NCBI GenBank assembly: GCA_028288625.1
Contig: JAQBNI010000122.1
Location: forward strand, 27,508-91,507
Source: Bacteroidota bacterium
GTDB lineage: Bacteria; Bacteroidota; Bacteroidia; Chitinophagales; JADIYW01
Length of the DNA stretch: 64,000 nt
Direction: 5' to 3'
Shown here: positions 36,419-46,058 of the stretch, in pieces
Layout of the letters: each line of letters starts with the position of its first letter
Position numbering within the stretch: position 1 is the first letter of the stretch
Notes under the pieces: model-generated
Told to the model about the DNA's origin: nothing
The model's database searches: none
The model's input: the letters and a program-made list of their open reading frames with translations, nothing else
Made by a program: the position numbers and the translations under genes

Positions 36419-38578
36419 TTATCTTATAACACTTCCGGCATTCACTCCGCTTGCCTGCACGAAATAAAGCTTTCCTGTTTCGTCTTCAGCCATCAGTATC
36501 ATTCCTTTACTCTCGATGCCTTTTAATTTTCGTGGCGCTAAATTAACAATAACCGAAACATCTTTCCCAATAATTTCTTCGGGTTTAAAATGTTCTGCAA
36601 TTCCTGATACAATTGTGCGCCTTTCAAAGCCTACATCTACCAGCAGCTTTAATAATTTATCTGCCTTCTCTACCTTTTCAGCTTCAAGTATTTTCCCGGT
36701 TCGTATATCGAGTTTTGAAAAATCATCAAAAGTAATTTCCGGTTTGAGATCTGAGATTTGAGGTTTATTTTCCGTCGCATCGTTCCCAGCAGTTGTATTA
36801 TCCATTTTACTTTTATTGAGTTTGTCAAGTTGTTGCTGCACTTGTTCATCTTCTATCTTAGGAAAGAGAATTTCCGACTCATTTATTTTGGTTCCGGAAG
36901 CCAGCAATATATTTCCTTCATACCAATTTTCTTTTTTGATGTTTAACATATGTTCTATTCTTTCTGCAGTTCGTGGAAGAAATGGCTTTAACAGCATAGA
37001 TAAATTAGCAGTGATCTGTAATGAAGTGTACATGATCAATTCCACAACTTCAGGATCAGTCTTGATCAATTTCCACGGTTCATTTTCCTGCAGAAACCTG
37101 TTTCCAAGAGAAGACAATTCCATGATCTGCTGCATGGCTTCTTTAAAACGAAATATTTTGATCAGTTCAGCTACTTTCTTTTTTGTTTCAGAGATCGCGT
37201 CAAAGATTTCTATATATTTTACCGGTGATGCCTGTTTCTGAAAATACAAAACATCATCCGCAGATATCTTTGTCGGCACGTAACCGCTGTAAAACCTATA
37301 TGTGAGGTCAACCACACGCTTGATATAATTGCCGAGATTATTTCCCAGCTCATTATTCACCCTGTTTTGAAAATCCTGCCATGTAAATTCACTGTCGCGG
37401 TTTTCCGGCATGTTCGCCAGCAGCACATACCGCAGTTCATCTTCCCTTCCTGGAAATTCATCTAAATATTCATGCAGCCAAACTGCCCAGTTTCGTGAAG
37501 TAGAAATCTTATCACCTTCCAGATTCATAAACTCATTTGCAGGAACATTTTCCGGTAAAATAAATTCTCCCGTAGCTTTTAAAATTGCAGGAAAAGTAAT
37601 ACAATGAAAGACGATATTATCCTTACCGATAAAATGTACGAGCTGCGTATCCTTACTCTGCCAATAATCTTTCCAATCGTCCGCTTTTCTATTTTTAATT
37701 CGATTCGAAAAATTATTTGAATATGCAAAATCAAATTTTGTCGCTTCGATCTCTTTAAACAATTGCTTCGTCGCAGATATGTAACCGATCGGTGCATCCA
37801 GCCAAACATACAACACCTTGCCCTTAGCCCCTTCAAATTCCGGCGGCACCGGGATGCCCCAATCGAGATCGCGCGTCATGGCACGCGGCTGCAAGCCTGC
37901 ATCCAGCCAGCTCTTACACTGACCGAAAACATGCGCCTTCCATGTATCCTTCTTTGTATCTAGCCATTTTGCAATCTCTTCCTGGTATTCATTTAATTTC
38001 AGAAACCAGTGTTTTGTTCTTTTAAGTACCGGTTTATTTCCGCTGATCGTTGATTTTGGATTGATCAATTCAGTCGGACTTAAAGTACTCCCGCATCTTT
38101 CACACTGATCGCCGTAAGCATTTTCATTTCCGCATTTCGGACACGTTCCTGTAATATACCTGTCCGCTAAAAATTGTTTCGCATCCTCATCATAATATTG
38201 CTCGCTTTCTTTTACTTCAAATGCCTTCTTATCATTCAGTATCCTGAAAAAATCCTGCGAGGTTTCATAATGCACCGGCTCTGTTGTGCGGTGATAAATA
38301 TCAAACGCAATTCCAAAGCGCTCAAAGCTGCTGCGTATCAGCGCATGATATTTATCTACAATTTCACGCGGTGTTGTATTTTCTTTTTTAGCCTTGATCG
38401 TGATTGCCGCACCGTGTTCATCGCTACCGCAAACGAAGATCACATCTTCACCTTTCAATCTTAAAAATCGTGCATAGATATCCGCAGCAATATAAGCGCC
38501 GGCTAAATGCCCGATATGTAAAGGTCCATTCGCATAAGGCAAGGCTGCAGTGATCGTATATCTTTTCGGTTCTGACAT
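36419..38578 (-). CDS. metG: Methionine--tRNA ligase
   Basis: 719 aa with PYANGPLHIGHLAG (HIGH), zinc knuckle CPKCG...CERCG, KISTSRN (KMSKS variant) and a C-terminal EMAP-like tRNA-binding domain (DIRTGKILEAEKV). Confidence 0.95.
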   Translation of the reverse strand: MSEPKRYTITAALPYANGPLHIGHLAGAYIAADIYARFLRLKGEDVIFVCGSDEHGAAITIKAKKENTTPREIVDKYHALIRSSFERFGIAFDIYHRTTEPVHYETSQDFFRILNDKKAFEVKESEQYYDEDAKQFLADRYITGTCPKCGNENAYGDQCERCGSTLSPTELINPKSTISGNKPVLKRTKHWFLKLNEYQEEIAKWLDTKKDTWKAHVFGQCKSWLDAGLQPRAMTRDLDWGIPVPPEFEGAKGKVLYVWLDAPIGYISATKQLFKEIEATKFDFAYSNNFSNRIKNRKADDWKDYWQSKDTQLVHFIGKDNIVFHCITFPAILKATGEFILPENVPANEFMNLEGDKISTSRNWAVWLHEYLDEFPGREDELRYVLLANMPENRDSEFTWQDFQNRVNNELGNNLGNYIKRVVDLTYRFYSGYVPTKISADDVLYFQKQASPVKYIEIFDAISETKKKVAELIKIFRFKEAMQQIMELSSLGNRFLQENEPWKLIKTDPEVVELIMYTSLQITANLSMLLKPFLPRTAERIEHMLNIKKENWYEGNILLASGTKINESEILFPKIEDEQVQQQLDKLNKSKMDNTTAGNDATENKPQISDLKPEITFDDFSKLDIRTGKILEAEKVEKADKLLKLLVDVGFERRTIVSGIAEHFKPEEIIGKDVSVIVNLAPRKLKGIESKGMILMAEDETGKLYFVQASGVNAGSVIR

Positions 38579-38732
38579 TTGGAATTTGCAAAATTACAAT
38601 TTTCAAATATACTTCTTATCAATTAATAGTTATAAATTTGGTCATGCCGACAGATAAACAAGCAGAATTGATAAAATGTTATCCGTGCATTCTGCCTTTA
38701 AAATATAGTGTTTACAAAAATTTCTTGTTGCA

Positions 38733-39626
38733 ATGATACGTCCGCCTTATTTACAAAAAGGAGATACGATTGGCATTACCTGCCCCGCACGAAAGATCAC
38801 GGGCGCAGAAATCCAATTGGCTATTGATACTTTTGAAAGCTGGGGGTTGAAAGTTGTTTTAGGAGATACTATTGATAAAGCGCATCACCAGTATTCAGGC
38901 ACAGATAAAGAGCGCCGCGCCGACTTACAGCGAATGCTGAATGATCCAAACATCAAAGCGATCATTGCTGCTCGCGGTGGATATGGTACAGTACGAATTA
39001 TGGATGATCTTGATTTTCGTACCTTACTCGATGCACCAAAATGGATCGTTGGATTTTCTGATCTTACTTTCTTACATGCACAGTTGAATTGCAATATCGG
39101 AATGGAATCGATCCATGCGACAATGCCGATCGCGTTTCAAAAAAATAGTGAAGAAGCCATTCAATCTTTGAAAGATGCACTATTTGGTCATCCGTTACGT
39201 TATGAATTTCCTTCTCATCTCTTAAACAGGAACGGAGAAATGCAAGGCGAGATCATCGGCGGAAATTTATCAATACTCTATAGCATCCTCGGGACAAAAA
39301 CAATTTTGCAAACTTCAAATTCTATTTTATTCCTGGAAGACCTTGATGAATATTTGTACCATGTTGACAGGATGATGATCGCTATGAAGCGCGCGGGAAA
39401 ATTAAAAAACCTGAAAGGTATTATTATAGGCGGTATGACGGAAATGAAGGATAATGAAATTACATTTGGCATGAACGCATTGGAAATTGTACGCGAGCAC
39501 GTTGAGGAATATGATTACCCGGTTTGTTTTGGATTTCCGGCAGGACATATTTCCGATAACCGCGCTATCATTATGGGAAGGCATGCAAAACTATCTGTTT
39601 CAGACATGTGTGTGTACGAACAATAA
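38733..39626 (+). CDS. LD-carboxypeptidase (peptidase S66, muramoyltetrapeptide carboxypeptidase-like)
   Basis: 297 aa. ARGGYG and VGFSDLTFLH contain the family nucleophile Ser motif. Length and layout fit. Confidence 0.85.
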   Translation: MIRPPYLQKGDTIGITCPARKITGAEIQLAIDTFESWGLKVVLGDTIDKAHHQYSGTDKERRADLQRMLNDPNIKAIIAARGGYGTVRIMDDLDFRTLLDAPKWIVGFSDLTFLHAQLNCNIGMESIHATMPIAFQKNSEEAIQSLKDALFGHPLRYEFPSHLLNRNGEMQGEIIGGNLSILYSILGTKTILQTSNSILFLEDLDEYLYHVDRMMIAMKRAGKLKNLKGIIIGGMTEMKDNEITFGMNALEIVREHVEEYDYPVCFGFPAGHISDNRAIIMGRHAKLSVSDMCVYEQ

Positions 39627-39647
39627 TATGGTCCGTATTTTGATATC

Positions 39648-40052
39648 ATGATTACTATGAAAAATATTCTTCTTGCAACGCTCCTTCTGTTCTGCATGAT
39701 CTCGTTTGGGAAATGCAGTAAACACTGTAAAAAGAAAGCGAAGGAAAAAACTGAAACTTCATCTAACTTAAATGAAGTATGGATGCGATACGATGATACG
39801 CGCTGTGCGAATCCGTGGAGCTTTAACTGGCTTGTTGCGCCAACTCCCGACCAGGTCGTAAGTGCAGTGAGAAGTAATCTCGAAGGAAGAACCATTCACA
39901 TTATCGACATGAAAACAAAGGCGGATAAAGATGCGGTAACTTGCGAAGCATGTACTTGCCCGTCAGGCTTTCATTATTTTGTACTTGTGAATAAAGAAGA
40001 TGCTGCTAAATTAAAGGAGCTGAAATTTGCGGAAGTAAAATCTCCTCAATAA
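39648..40052 (+). CDS. Hypothetical lipoprotein
   Basis: 134 aa with a signal-like N-terminus ending in GKC. Confidence 0.6.
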   Translation: MITMKNILLATLLLFCMISFGKCSKHCKKKAKEKTETSSNLNEVWMRYDDTRCANPWSFNWLVAPTPDQVVSAVRSNLEGRTIHIIDMKTKADKDAVTCEACTCPSGFHYFVLVNKEDAAKLKELKFAEVKSPQ

Positions 40053-40069
40053 TTATAGTTGAAGGACAC

Positions 40070-40190
40070 CGTCATCCCCAACTTGATCGGGGATCTTACG
40101 ATAAACGTAAGATTTCAATAAAAACATTCTGCTTAATATCATGAGATCCCCGCATGCGCGAGGATGACGATTAAAGTTCGCGAGGATGAC
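40070..40190. repeat. REP-like inverted copies of CGTCATCC-N10/11-GGGGATCT
   Basis: Copy 1 is at 40070-40096 (forward) and copy 2 at 40144-40169 (inverted). A third partial CGCGAGGATGAC is at 40179-40190, and an inner hairpin CTTACG-ATAAA-CGTAAG at 40095-40111. Confidence 0.5.
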
Positions 40191-40194
40191 TTGC

Positions 40195-40584
40195 TCAAAG
40201 ATTCTGCTTAATCTTTTCAGCGATCACTTCCATTTCTTCTTTAGACAATTTTTTGGTATTTCTGAAATCAAGATCGTGAACGGAATTAATCGGCGAAAGA
40301 TGAATATGTGTATGCGGCACTTCCAGTCCAATCACTGTCATGCCAATACGTTCGCATGGAATTGCTTTTTCAATAGCTCGTGCAATTTTCTTCGCAAAGA
40401 CAATCAATCCTGATAATTCAACATCATCCAGATCAAAAATATAATCCACTTCTTTTTTTGTCACCACTAAAGTGTGACCCGGATTTAAAGGATGAATATC
40501 AAGAAAAGCGAAATAGTTTTCATCTTCCGCAATTTTGTAGCACGGAATTTCGCCATTGATAATTTTAGTGAAGATGGTAGCCAT
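40195..40584 (-). CDS. HIT-family (histidine triad) nucleotide hydrolase
   Basis: 129 aa with the histidine triad HTHIHL and FLDIHPLNPGH. Confidence 0.9.
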   Translation of the reverse strand: MATIFTKIINGEIPCYKIAEDENYFAFLDIHPLNPGHTLVVTKKEVDYIFDLDDVELSGLIVFAKKIARAIEKAIPCERIGMTVIGLEVPHTHIHLSPINSVHDLDFRNTKKLSKEEMEVIAEKIKQNL

Positions 40585-40606
40585 ACTAAGTACTAACTAC
40601 TAAGTA

Positions 40607-41080
40607 CTAAATACTGATATCTAAAACTTCCAGTTCCATATTTCCCGCAGGGATCTGTATCGTTACCTTCTCTCCTCTCGATCTGCCTAACAACGCAGAT
40701 CCAATCGGAGATTTTACGGAGATCTTCATTTGCTTCAAGTCTGCTTCCTTTTCAGAAACGAGGTGATAAGTAAACTCCTTGTTCATCTTCAGGTTCTTAA
40801 CTTTCACTTTCGATAAAACCGAAACCTTGGAAATATCAATTGTTGAAGGGTCTAAAACACGCGCATTGCCAATATCAGCTTCCAGTTTGCGGATACGCAG
40901 CTCCAGTAAGCCCTGCGCTTCCTTTGCCGCATCATACTCGGCATTTTCTGATAAATCGCCCTTTTCTCTTGCTTCTGCTATTGCTTTGGATGCATTAGGG
41001 CGCTCGATTGCCACCAATTGATTGAATTCTTCTTTCATTTTAGCCAATCCTTCTTCTGATACATAAACTATATCTGTCAT
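40607..41080 (-). CDS. greA: Transcription elongation factor GreA
   Basis: 157 aa with the coiled-coil N-terminal domain motif GDLSENAEYDAAKEAQ and a C-terminal FKBP-like domain. Confidence 0.95.
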   Translation of the reverse strand: MTDIVYVSEEGLAKMKEEFNQLVAIERPNASKAIAEAREKGDLSENAEYDAAKEAQGLLELRIRKLEADIGNARVLDPSTIDISKVSVLSKVKVKNLKMNKEFTYHLVSEKEADLKQMKISVKSPIGSALLGRSRGEKVTIQIPAGNMELEVLDISI

Positions 41081-41097
41081 AACTCTTTATTATAAGG

Positions 41098-41149
41098 TGA
41101 AAAAAATAGACACGTCCCGGGTGGGGACGTGCCTTACAATACAAAATTA
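41098..41149 (-). promoter_or_regulatory. greA leader: TAATTTTG promoter-like box followed by an intrinsic-terminator-like hairpin
   Basis: On the minus strand, TAATTTTG (41149-41142) matches the Bacteroidota TAnnTTTG -7 consensus. An 8-bp GC-rich stem follows (41131-41111), then T7 (41107-41101), about 20 nt before the greA ATG. Confidence 0.4.
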
Positions 41150-41287
41150 TACTTTTTTCAGGAAAATAGCAATTTTTAAGAGTTTTTCTTTGACCTAAAT
41201 GCATCTCATTAATTGTATATACAACTAATTATCAACTCCTTATAAATTGATGACGGTAAGTCCATTAAAAACCTATTTTTGTAAAAG

Positions 41288-42637
41288 ATGAGCGAAGAAA
41301 TTAAATCAATTTTCCACGACAAAAAATTATGGCTCCTCCTGTTGTTTTCGTTGGCTCTCAGGATATTGATTTTGATTCGTTTTCAGCCTTGGGATCCTTC
41401 CATTATTCATAAACAGATCCTGATCTTTGATTCCCTTGGGTATCACCAACTGGCGCTTTGTATTCAACATCATTTTTCGTTTTGCGGTGATGCTTTCAGA
41501 ACACCGGGTTATCCTTTTTTCCTGGCAGTTATTTATACTCTTTTCGGAAGTGAACCTTATGCGGCAATAATTGTACAGATCATTTTGAATTTATTATCGA
41601 TTGTTTTGATGTATAAAATTGGGACAACATTGTTTTCAGAAAAAGCGGGTTTTATAGCGGCGCTTTTATTTTCACTCGACCTGCATCACACCATTTTCAT
41701 TTATTACATTTTAACCGAAACAATTTATACAACTATTTTTTTAACGGCATTTTTATTTTATGTGAACGCGATCAAAACAAGCAGCTGGAAGTTTTTTGTC
41801 CTAGCGGGAATTATTTACGGATTGAGTGCACTGATCCGTCCGATCTCGCAGTTTTATATTTACGCAGTTTTTATATTCAGTTTAATATGGTATTGGAAAG
41901 AAATGAAAAGAGGAGTGTTATTTTCTTCTCTGCTGTTGATGAGTTATTTTATTACTGTTGCGCCGTGGTGTGTGAGAAATTATTCTGAATACGGGCATTT
42001 CTCTCTATCAAACATTAAAGGATATAATTTACTTTTTTGGAATGCGAGTTATTATGAATCGAAACGTGAACATAAGCCGATTGAACAGGTAAATGCAGAG
42101 TTTATAGAAGAATTGAAAACGATGGGATGGCGACCGGATGCCAATCCTTTTGATAAAGAAAAATATGATGGTGAACTCGCCAACAAAATAATTAAATCTC
42201 ATTTTGCAGATTATCTGAAAACGCATTTAACCGGCACGGTGAAGATCCATTTAAGTGTCGGTACACAAAGCTTAACGGATGTTTTGCATATTCCTTCAAA
42301 AAAATGGACGGAAGAAGAAAAATATACCAACGGTGTTTTGCATCTCGTAAAGAAATTTTTTGCCACTAAAACGATTTGTGAAATTTTGCTCGGAATTTTT
42401 GTTGCGCTGTTTTTAGCTATTGTGTATCTGTTTGCTGCAATGGGAATTTACAGGATGATCCGCGAGAAACAAATTTTATTAATGTTGTTTCTTTTGGGTT
42501 CAGCAGGCTACTTCGCATTGATCAGCGGAATAATTTCCTATGCACGCTACCGGTTGCCAAGCATGCCTTTTTATATACTGCTGGCAAGTGTTGGAATAGT
42601 GTGGTTGAAAGAAAGAGTCGCAAGTCGTAAGTTGTAA
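41288..42637 (+). CDS. ArnT/PMT-like glycosyltransferase family 39 membrane protein
   Basis: 449 aa, polytopic. The N-terminal loop and the many TM helices are typical of the PMT_2/GT39 family. The 3' end reads into a GTCGTAAGT-type repeat. Confidence 0.65.
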   Translation: MSEEIKSIFHDKKLWLLLLFSLALRILILIRFQPWDPSIIHKQILIFDSLGYHQLALCIQHHFSFCGDAFRTPGYPFFLAVIYTLFGSEPYAAIIVQIILNLLSIVLMYKIGTTLFSEKAGFIAALLFSLDLHHTIFIYYILTETIYTTIFLTAFLFYVNAIKTSSWKFFVLAGIIYGLSALIRPISQFYIYAVFIFSLIWYWKEMKRGVLFSSLLLMSYFITVAPWCVRNYSEYGHFSLSNIKGYNLLFWNASYYESKREHKPIEQVNAEFIEELKTMGWRPDANPFDKEKYDGELANKIIKSHFADYLKTHLTGTVKIHLSVGTQSLTDVLHIPSKKWTEEEKYTNGVLHLVKKFFATKTICEILLGIFVALFLAIVYLFAAMGIYRMIREKQILLMLFLLGSAGYFALISGIISYARYRLPSMPFYILLASVGIVWLKERVASRKL

Positions 42638-42659
42638 GTCATAAGAAAGATTGCCTCAA

Positions 42660-43601
42660 TCACCCTAAATTCAAAGCCTTTTCAATTTTATCCATCAGCA
42701 CTTTCGCTAGTTTATATTTCGATTCTATAGTCCAGCCGGCAATATGCGGTGTTGCAATTACATTATCAAAAGAAAGCAACTTATTATAAATCTCCGGTGA
42801 ATGAATTTTATTTTTAGTGACGGGCTCACCTTCGTAAACATCAATGCACAATCCTTTCACCTGCTGTGTTTCCAATCCATGTAAAACATCCAAAGTATTT
42901 ATGATTGCTCCGCGTGAAGTATTTATAATTACCGGGTCCTTTTTACACGCAGAAATAAATTTCGCATCGCAATAATGATGCGTCTCTTTATTATATGGAA
43001 CATGAAAACTGATGACATCGCATTTTTCCTGGAGTTCTTTTAAAGAAACATTTTTTACCTTATCGTCAACAGCAGGATTGTATTTATCATACGCAAAAAT
43101 TTCAACATCAAATCCACACAGCTTTTTCGCAAATGTACTTCCCGTATGCCCGTAACCAATAATGCCGATTGTTTTTCCATCTAATTCTTCTCCACGATTT
43201 TCTTCACGCAGGAAAATATTATTTCGCAATTCATTATTCGACTTTACAATATTGTTCAGTAAAGCCAGCAGCATCGCGAGGCAATGTTCTCCCACAGCAT
43301 TTGCATTGCCTTCCGGAGAATTCACACAAATGATCCCTTTACGCAGGCAGGATTCCACATCTACATTTTCCATGCCGCTTCCCACGCGACCGATGAGTTC
43401 AAGATTTATAGTTTTATCAATAAGTGGTTTATCGATGATCGTGTATGTAGTAATGATCAACAACGAATATGCCGGAAGAATATCTGATAATTTTTCCTTT
43501 GAAATTTCCGGAATTACATCCACCCAATAATTGAATTCTTCAAGCCTTTGTTGAATATACGGATGTACGTCTGCGACGATCAAAGCTCTTTTAGGTTCCA
43601 T
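42660..43601 (-). CDS. D-isomer-specific 2-hydroxyacid dehydrogenase (phosphoglycerate dehydrogenase-like)
   Basis: 313 aa with the NAD-binding motif GIIGYGHTGS and the catalytic-domain pattern ...NTSRG...PHIAG. Confidence 0.85.
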   Translation of the reverse strand: MEPKRALIVADVHPYIQQRLEEFNYWVDVIPEISKEKLSDILPAYSLLIITTYTIIDKPLIDKTINLELIGRVGSGMENVDVESCLRKGIICVNSPEGNANAVGEHCLAMLLALLNNIVKSNNELRNNIFLREENRGEELDGKTIGIIGYGHTGSTFAKKLCGFDVEIFAYDKYNPAVDDKVKNVSLKELQEKCDVISFHVPYNKETHHYCDAKFISACKKDPVIINTSRGAIINTLDVLHGLETQQVKGLCIDVYEGEPVTKNKIHSPEIYNKLLSFDNVIATPHIAGWTIESKYKLAKVLMDKIEKALNLG

Positions 43602-43616
43602 TACAAATAAAAATTT

Positions 43617-43674
43617 TTAACCACATAGAAAATCATTATAAAAATACCTAAGTTCTATGTCCCTATGTGGTTAA
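43617..43674. repeat. CATAG-box inverted repeat element
   Basis: TTAACCACATAG (43617-43628) and CTATGTGGTTAA (43663-43674) form a perfect 12-bp inverted repeat with A/T-run flanks. Related copies are at 52487-52685 and 53487-53515. Confidence 0.5.
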
Positions 43675-43679
43675 TTTTT

Positions 43680-44477
43680 TTATGTAGTTTTATATTTTTC
43701 AATCATTTTTGTCAGATCGATAAAATCCTGCACGCTTAATTGTTCCGCACGCTTTTTAAAAACTTCTTCATGCATAATTTCTTTGGGCGCGATGCCGCTT
43801 AACCCGTTGCGCAGCATTTTTCTTCGCTGATTAAAACCTGCCTTCACAATATTCCTGAATAATTTAAAATCGAAATCGATCACGATATTTTCTTTTCGCC
43901 TCATCGAAATAATACTGCTCATCACTTTCGGCGGCGGCGAAAAACTTTCAGGAAAAATATCAAATTCCATTTTTACATCGTACAGCAGCTGCGCAAAAAC
44001 ACTGATCACACCATATTCTTTTGAATTATGTTTAGATGCAATGCGATGCCCCATTTCTTTTTGAAACATGCCTACCATAAACGGTATCTCCGTATAATTT
44101 TCCAGTATTCTGAAAACGATCTGGGAAGAAATATTGTATGGAAAATTTCCTACTATTGCCGTTTGACCATTTAAAAATTCTTTCAAATCCAGTTTCAAAA
44201 AATCAGCGTCGATGATCTTCAATTTAGGCGGCTCGGATTCAGTTTCTGCCTTAAATTTAATATTGAGATAATCTATGCAGCGCCTGTCGACTTCAACACA
44301 GGTAACGTTAAATTCTCTTAATAAATGCTGGGTGAATGCGCCCATTCCCGGTCCTACTTCTATCAGTTCCTCATTGTTATATAACGTCTTCACAAGTTGA
44401 GTGATCTTTCCCAATACTTCCTGGTCGTGAAGAAAATGCTGTCCGTAGGATTTTAAGGCTGTCACAAAACTTGACAT
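43680..44477 (-). CDS. rsmA: 16S rRNA (adenine1518/1519-N6)-dimethyltransferase
   Basis: 265 aa with YGQHFL, the SAM motif EVGPGMGAFT and NFPYNISS. Confidence 0.9.
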   Translation of the reverse strand: MSSFVTALKSYGQHFLHDQEVLGKITQLVKTLYNNEELIEVGPGMGAFTQHLLREFNVTCVEVDRRCIDYLNIKFKAETESEPPKLKIIDADFLKLDLKEFLNGQTAIVGNFPYNISSQIVFRILENYTEIPFMVGMFQKEMGHRIASKHNSKEYGVISVFAQLLYDVKMEFDIFPESFSPPPKVMSSIISMRRKENIVIDFDFKLFRNIVKAGFNQRRKMLRNGLSGIAPKEIMHEEVFKKRAEQLSVQDFIDLTKMIEKYKTT

Positions 44478-44568
44478 TTGTAACTAAAATTTAAAGGTGA
44501 AGTAAGTAAATTTGTACAACTATTAGAGTGAACTAACTATTTTATTTATTAAGCTAAAGGTATAGATT

Positions 44569-46017
44569 ATGTTGCAGATTTCGAGTAAAGCTCCGAAAAG
44601 AACTATTCTTGTTGTATTCACCAAAATAAATTTGAATTCGCTGCCATTTTTTGATTTGGAAGAAAAGAAAATCATCCAAAGCAAAATAAGTGAGGGGATG
44701 AAAGTTATTCCATTTACGAAACAACACAAAATTTATATTTTATTTCCGATAGATGAAATGATCGGCGATAAAAATATCCTTCATGAAAAGTTACGCATCC
44801 AGGGAAATTCTATTTACAAAGTTTGTAAGGATTTTAAAGAGACAGATCTTAGCCTTGAAGTGCTTGGTGATGTAGACATGAAAATGCTGACCTCTTTACT
44901 GATGGGCATCAATTTATCCGATTACGAATTTACAAAATACCAGACGAAAGGAAAACCTTACAGCCTGACGGTTCACATCGATCCCATGCTGCTTGATGAA
45001 GATTCAATATGGGAACTTAACCTTATTGCGGAAAGCGTTCGCATCACAAAAGACCTGGTGAATGAACCTGTTTCCTATTTGACTGCCGTTCAGTATTCAA
45101 AAGAAATCATGAAGCTTGGAAAAGATGCAGGATTTGATGTAACCGTTTGGGATCAGAAAAAAATTGAGGCGGAAGAAATGGGTGGTATCATTGCCGTTAA
45201 CCGCGGAAGCTCTGCACCTGCAACCTTCAATATTCTCGAATACAAACCTGCAAGACATAAAAATAAAAGACCATTGGTTTTGGTTGGAAAGGGCGTTGTG
45301 TATGATACCGGCGGCTTATCATTGAAACCGACGAAGAACAGCATGGATATGATGAAATCTGATATGGCGGGATCGGCAGCGGTAGTTGGCGCAATGTATG
45401 CGATTGCAAAAGCGGATCTCCCTTATCATGTGATCGGTGTTATTCCTGCAGTTGAAAACCGCCCCGGATATGAAGCTACTTGTCCCGGTGATGTGATCAC
45501 AATGTATGATGGAACAACTGTTGAAGTACTCGACACAGATGCAGAAGGAAGATTGATCCTGGCAGATGCTTTGCATTTTGCAAAAAGGCTGAAACCGGAA
45601 CTGGTGCTCGATTTTGCGACATTAACCGGCTCCGCTTTGCGTGCGCTTGGGAGGGAAGCTTCTGTGATCATGGGTAACGCAGATAAATTTTATAAAAAAG
45701 AACTCAAGAAAGCGGCAAACAGCACCGGCGAGCGCGTCGTGGAATTCCCGTTCTGGGATGAATATGGCGATTATATGAAGAGTGATATTGCAGATTTGAA
45801 AAATTTAGGACCTACAGACGCAGGCTCGATAACTGCCGGAAAATTCCTGGAAAATTTTGTTGATTTTCCTTGGATGCACTTCGATATTGCAGGAACGGCT
45901 TTTGTGAATAGCAATTATAATTACCGCGGAAAATGGGCAACAGGGTATGGTGTGAGATTATTGTTTAAATTTGTGCAAAATCAGTGCAAAGAAAACAAGG
46001 AAAAAATACGGCGATAG
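44569..46017 (+). CDS. pepA: Leucyl aminopeptidase (peptidase M17)
   Basis: 482 aa with VGKGVVYDTGGLSLKP and DTDAEGRLILADAL, both M17 signatures. Confidence 0.9.
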   Translation: MLQISSKAPKRTILVVFTKINLNSLPFFDLEEKKIIQSKISEGMKVIPFTKQHKIYILFPIDEMIGDKNILHEKLRIQGNSIYKVCKDFKETDLSLEVLGDVDMKMLTSLLMGINLSDYEFTKYQTKGKPYSLTVHIDPMLLDEDSIWELNLIAESVRITKDLVNEPVSYLTAVQYSKEIMKLGKDAGFDVTVWDQKKIEAEEMGGIIAVNRGSSAPATFNILEYKPARHKNKRPLVLVGKGVVYDTGGLSLKPTKNSMDMMKSDMAGSAAVVGAMYAIAKADLPYHVIGVIPAVENRPGYEATCPGDVITMYDGTTVEVLDTDAEGRLILADALHFAKRLKPELVLDFATLTGSALRALGREASVIMGNADKFYKKELKKAANSTGERVVEFPFWDEYGDYMKSDIADLKNLGPTDAGSITAGKFLENFVDFPWMHFDIAGTAFVNSNYNYRGKWATGYGVRLLFKFVQNQCKENKEKIRR

Positions 46018-46058
46018 GTTAATTACCGGCTGCCACTTTCCTTCAAAACAGTAATTAC

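Noticed and set aside
40186-40413. 75-aa plus-strand ORF
   Set aside because: It starts inside the REP-like element and runs antisense to the well-supported HIT gene, so it is a shadow ORF.
44523-44729. 68-aa minus-strand ORF overlapping the pepA 5' end
   Set aside because: It is antisense to a strongly supported M17 aminopeptidase gene, has low-complexity hydrophobic content and no motif.
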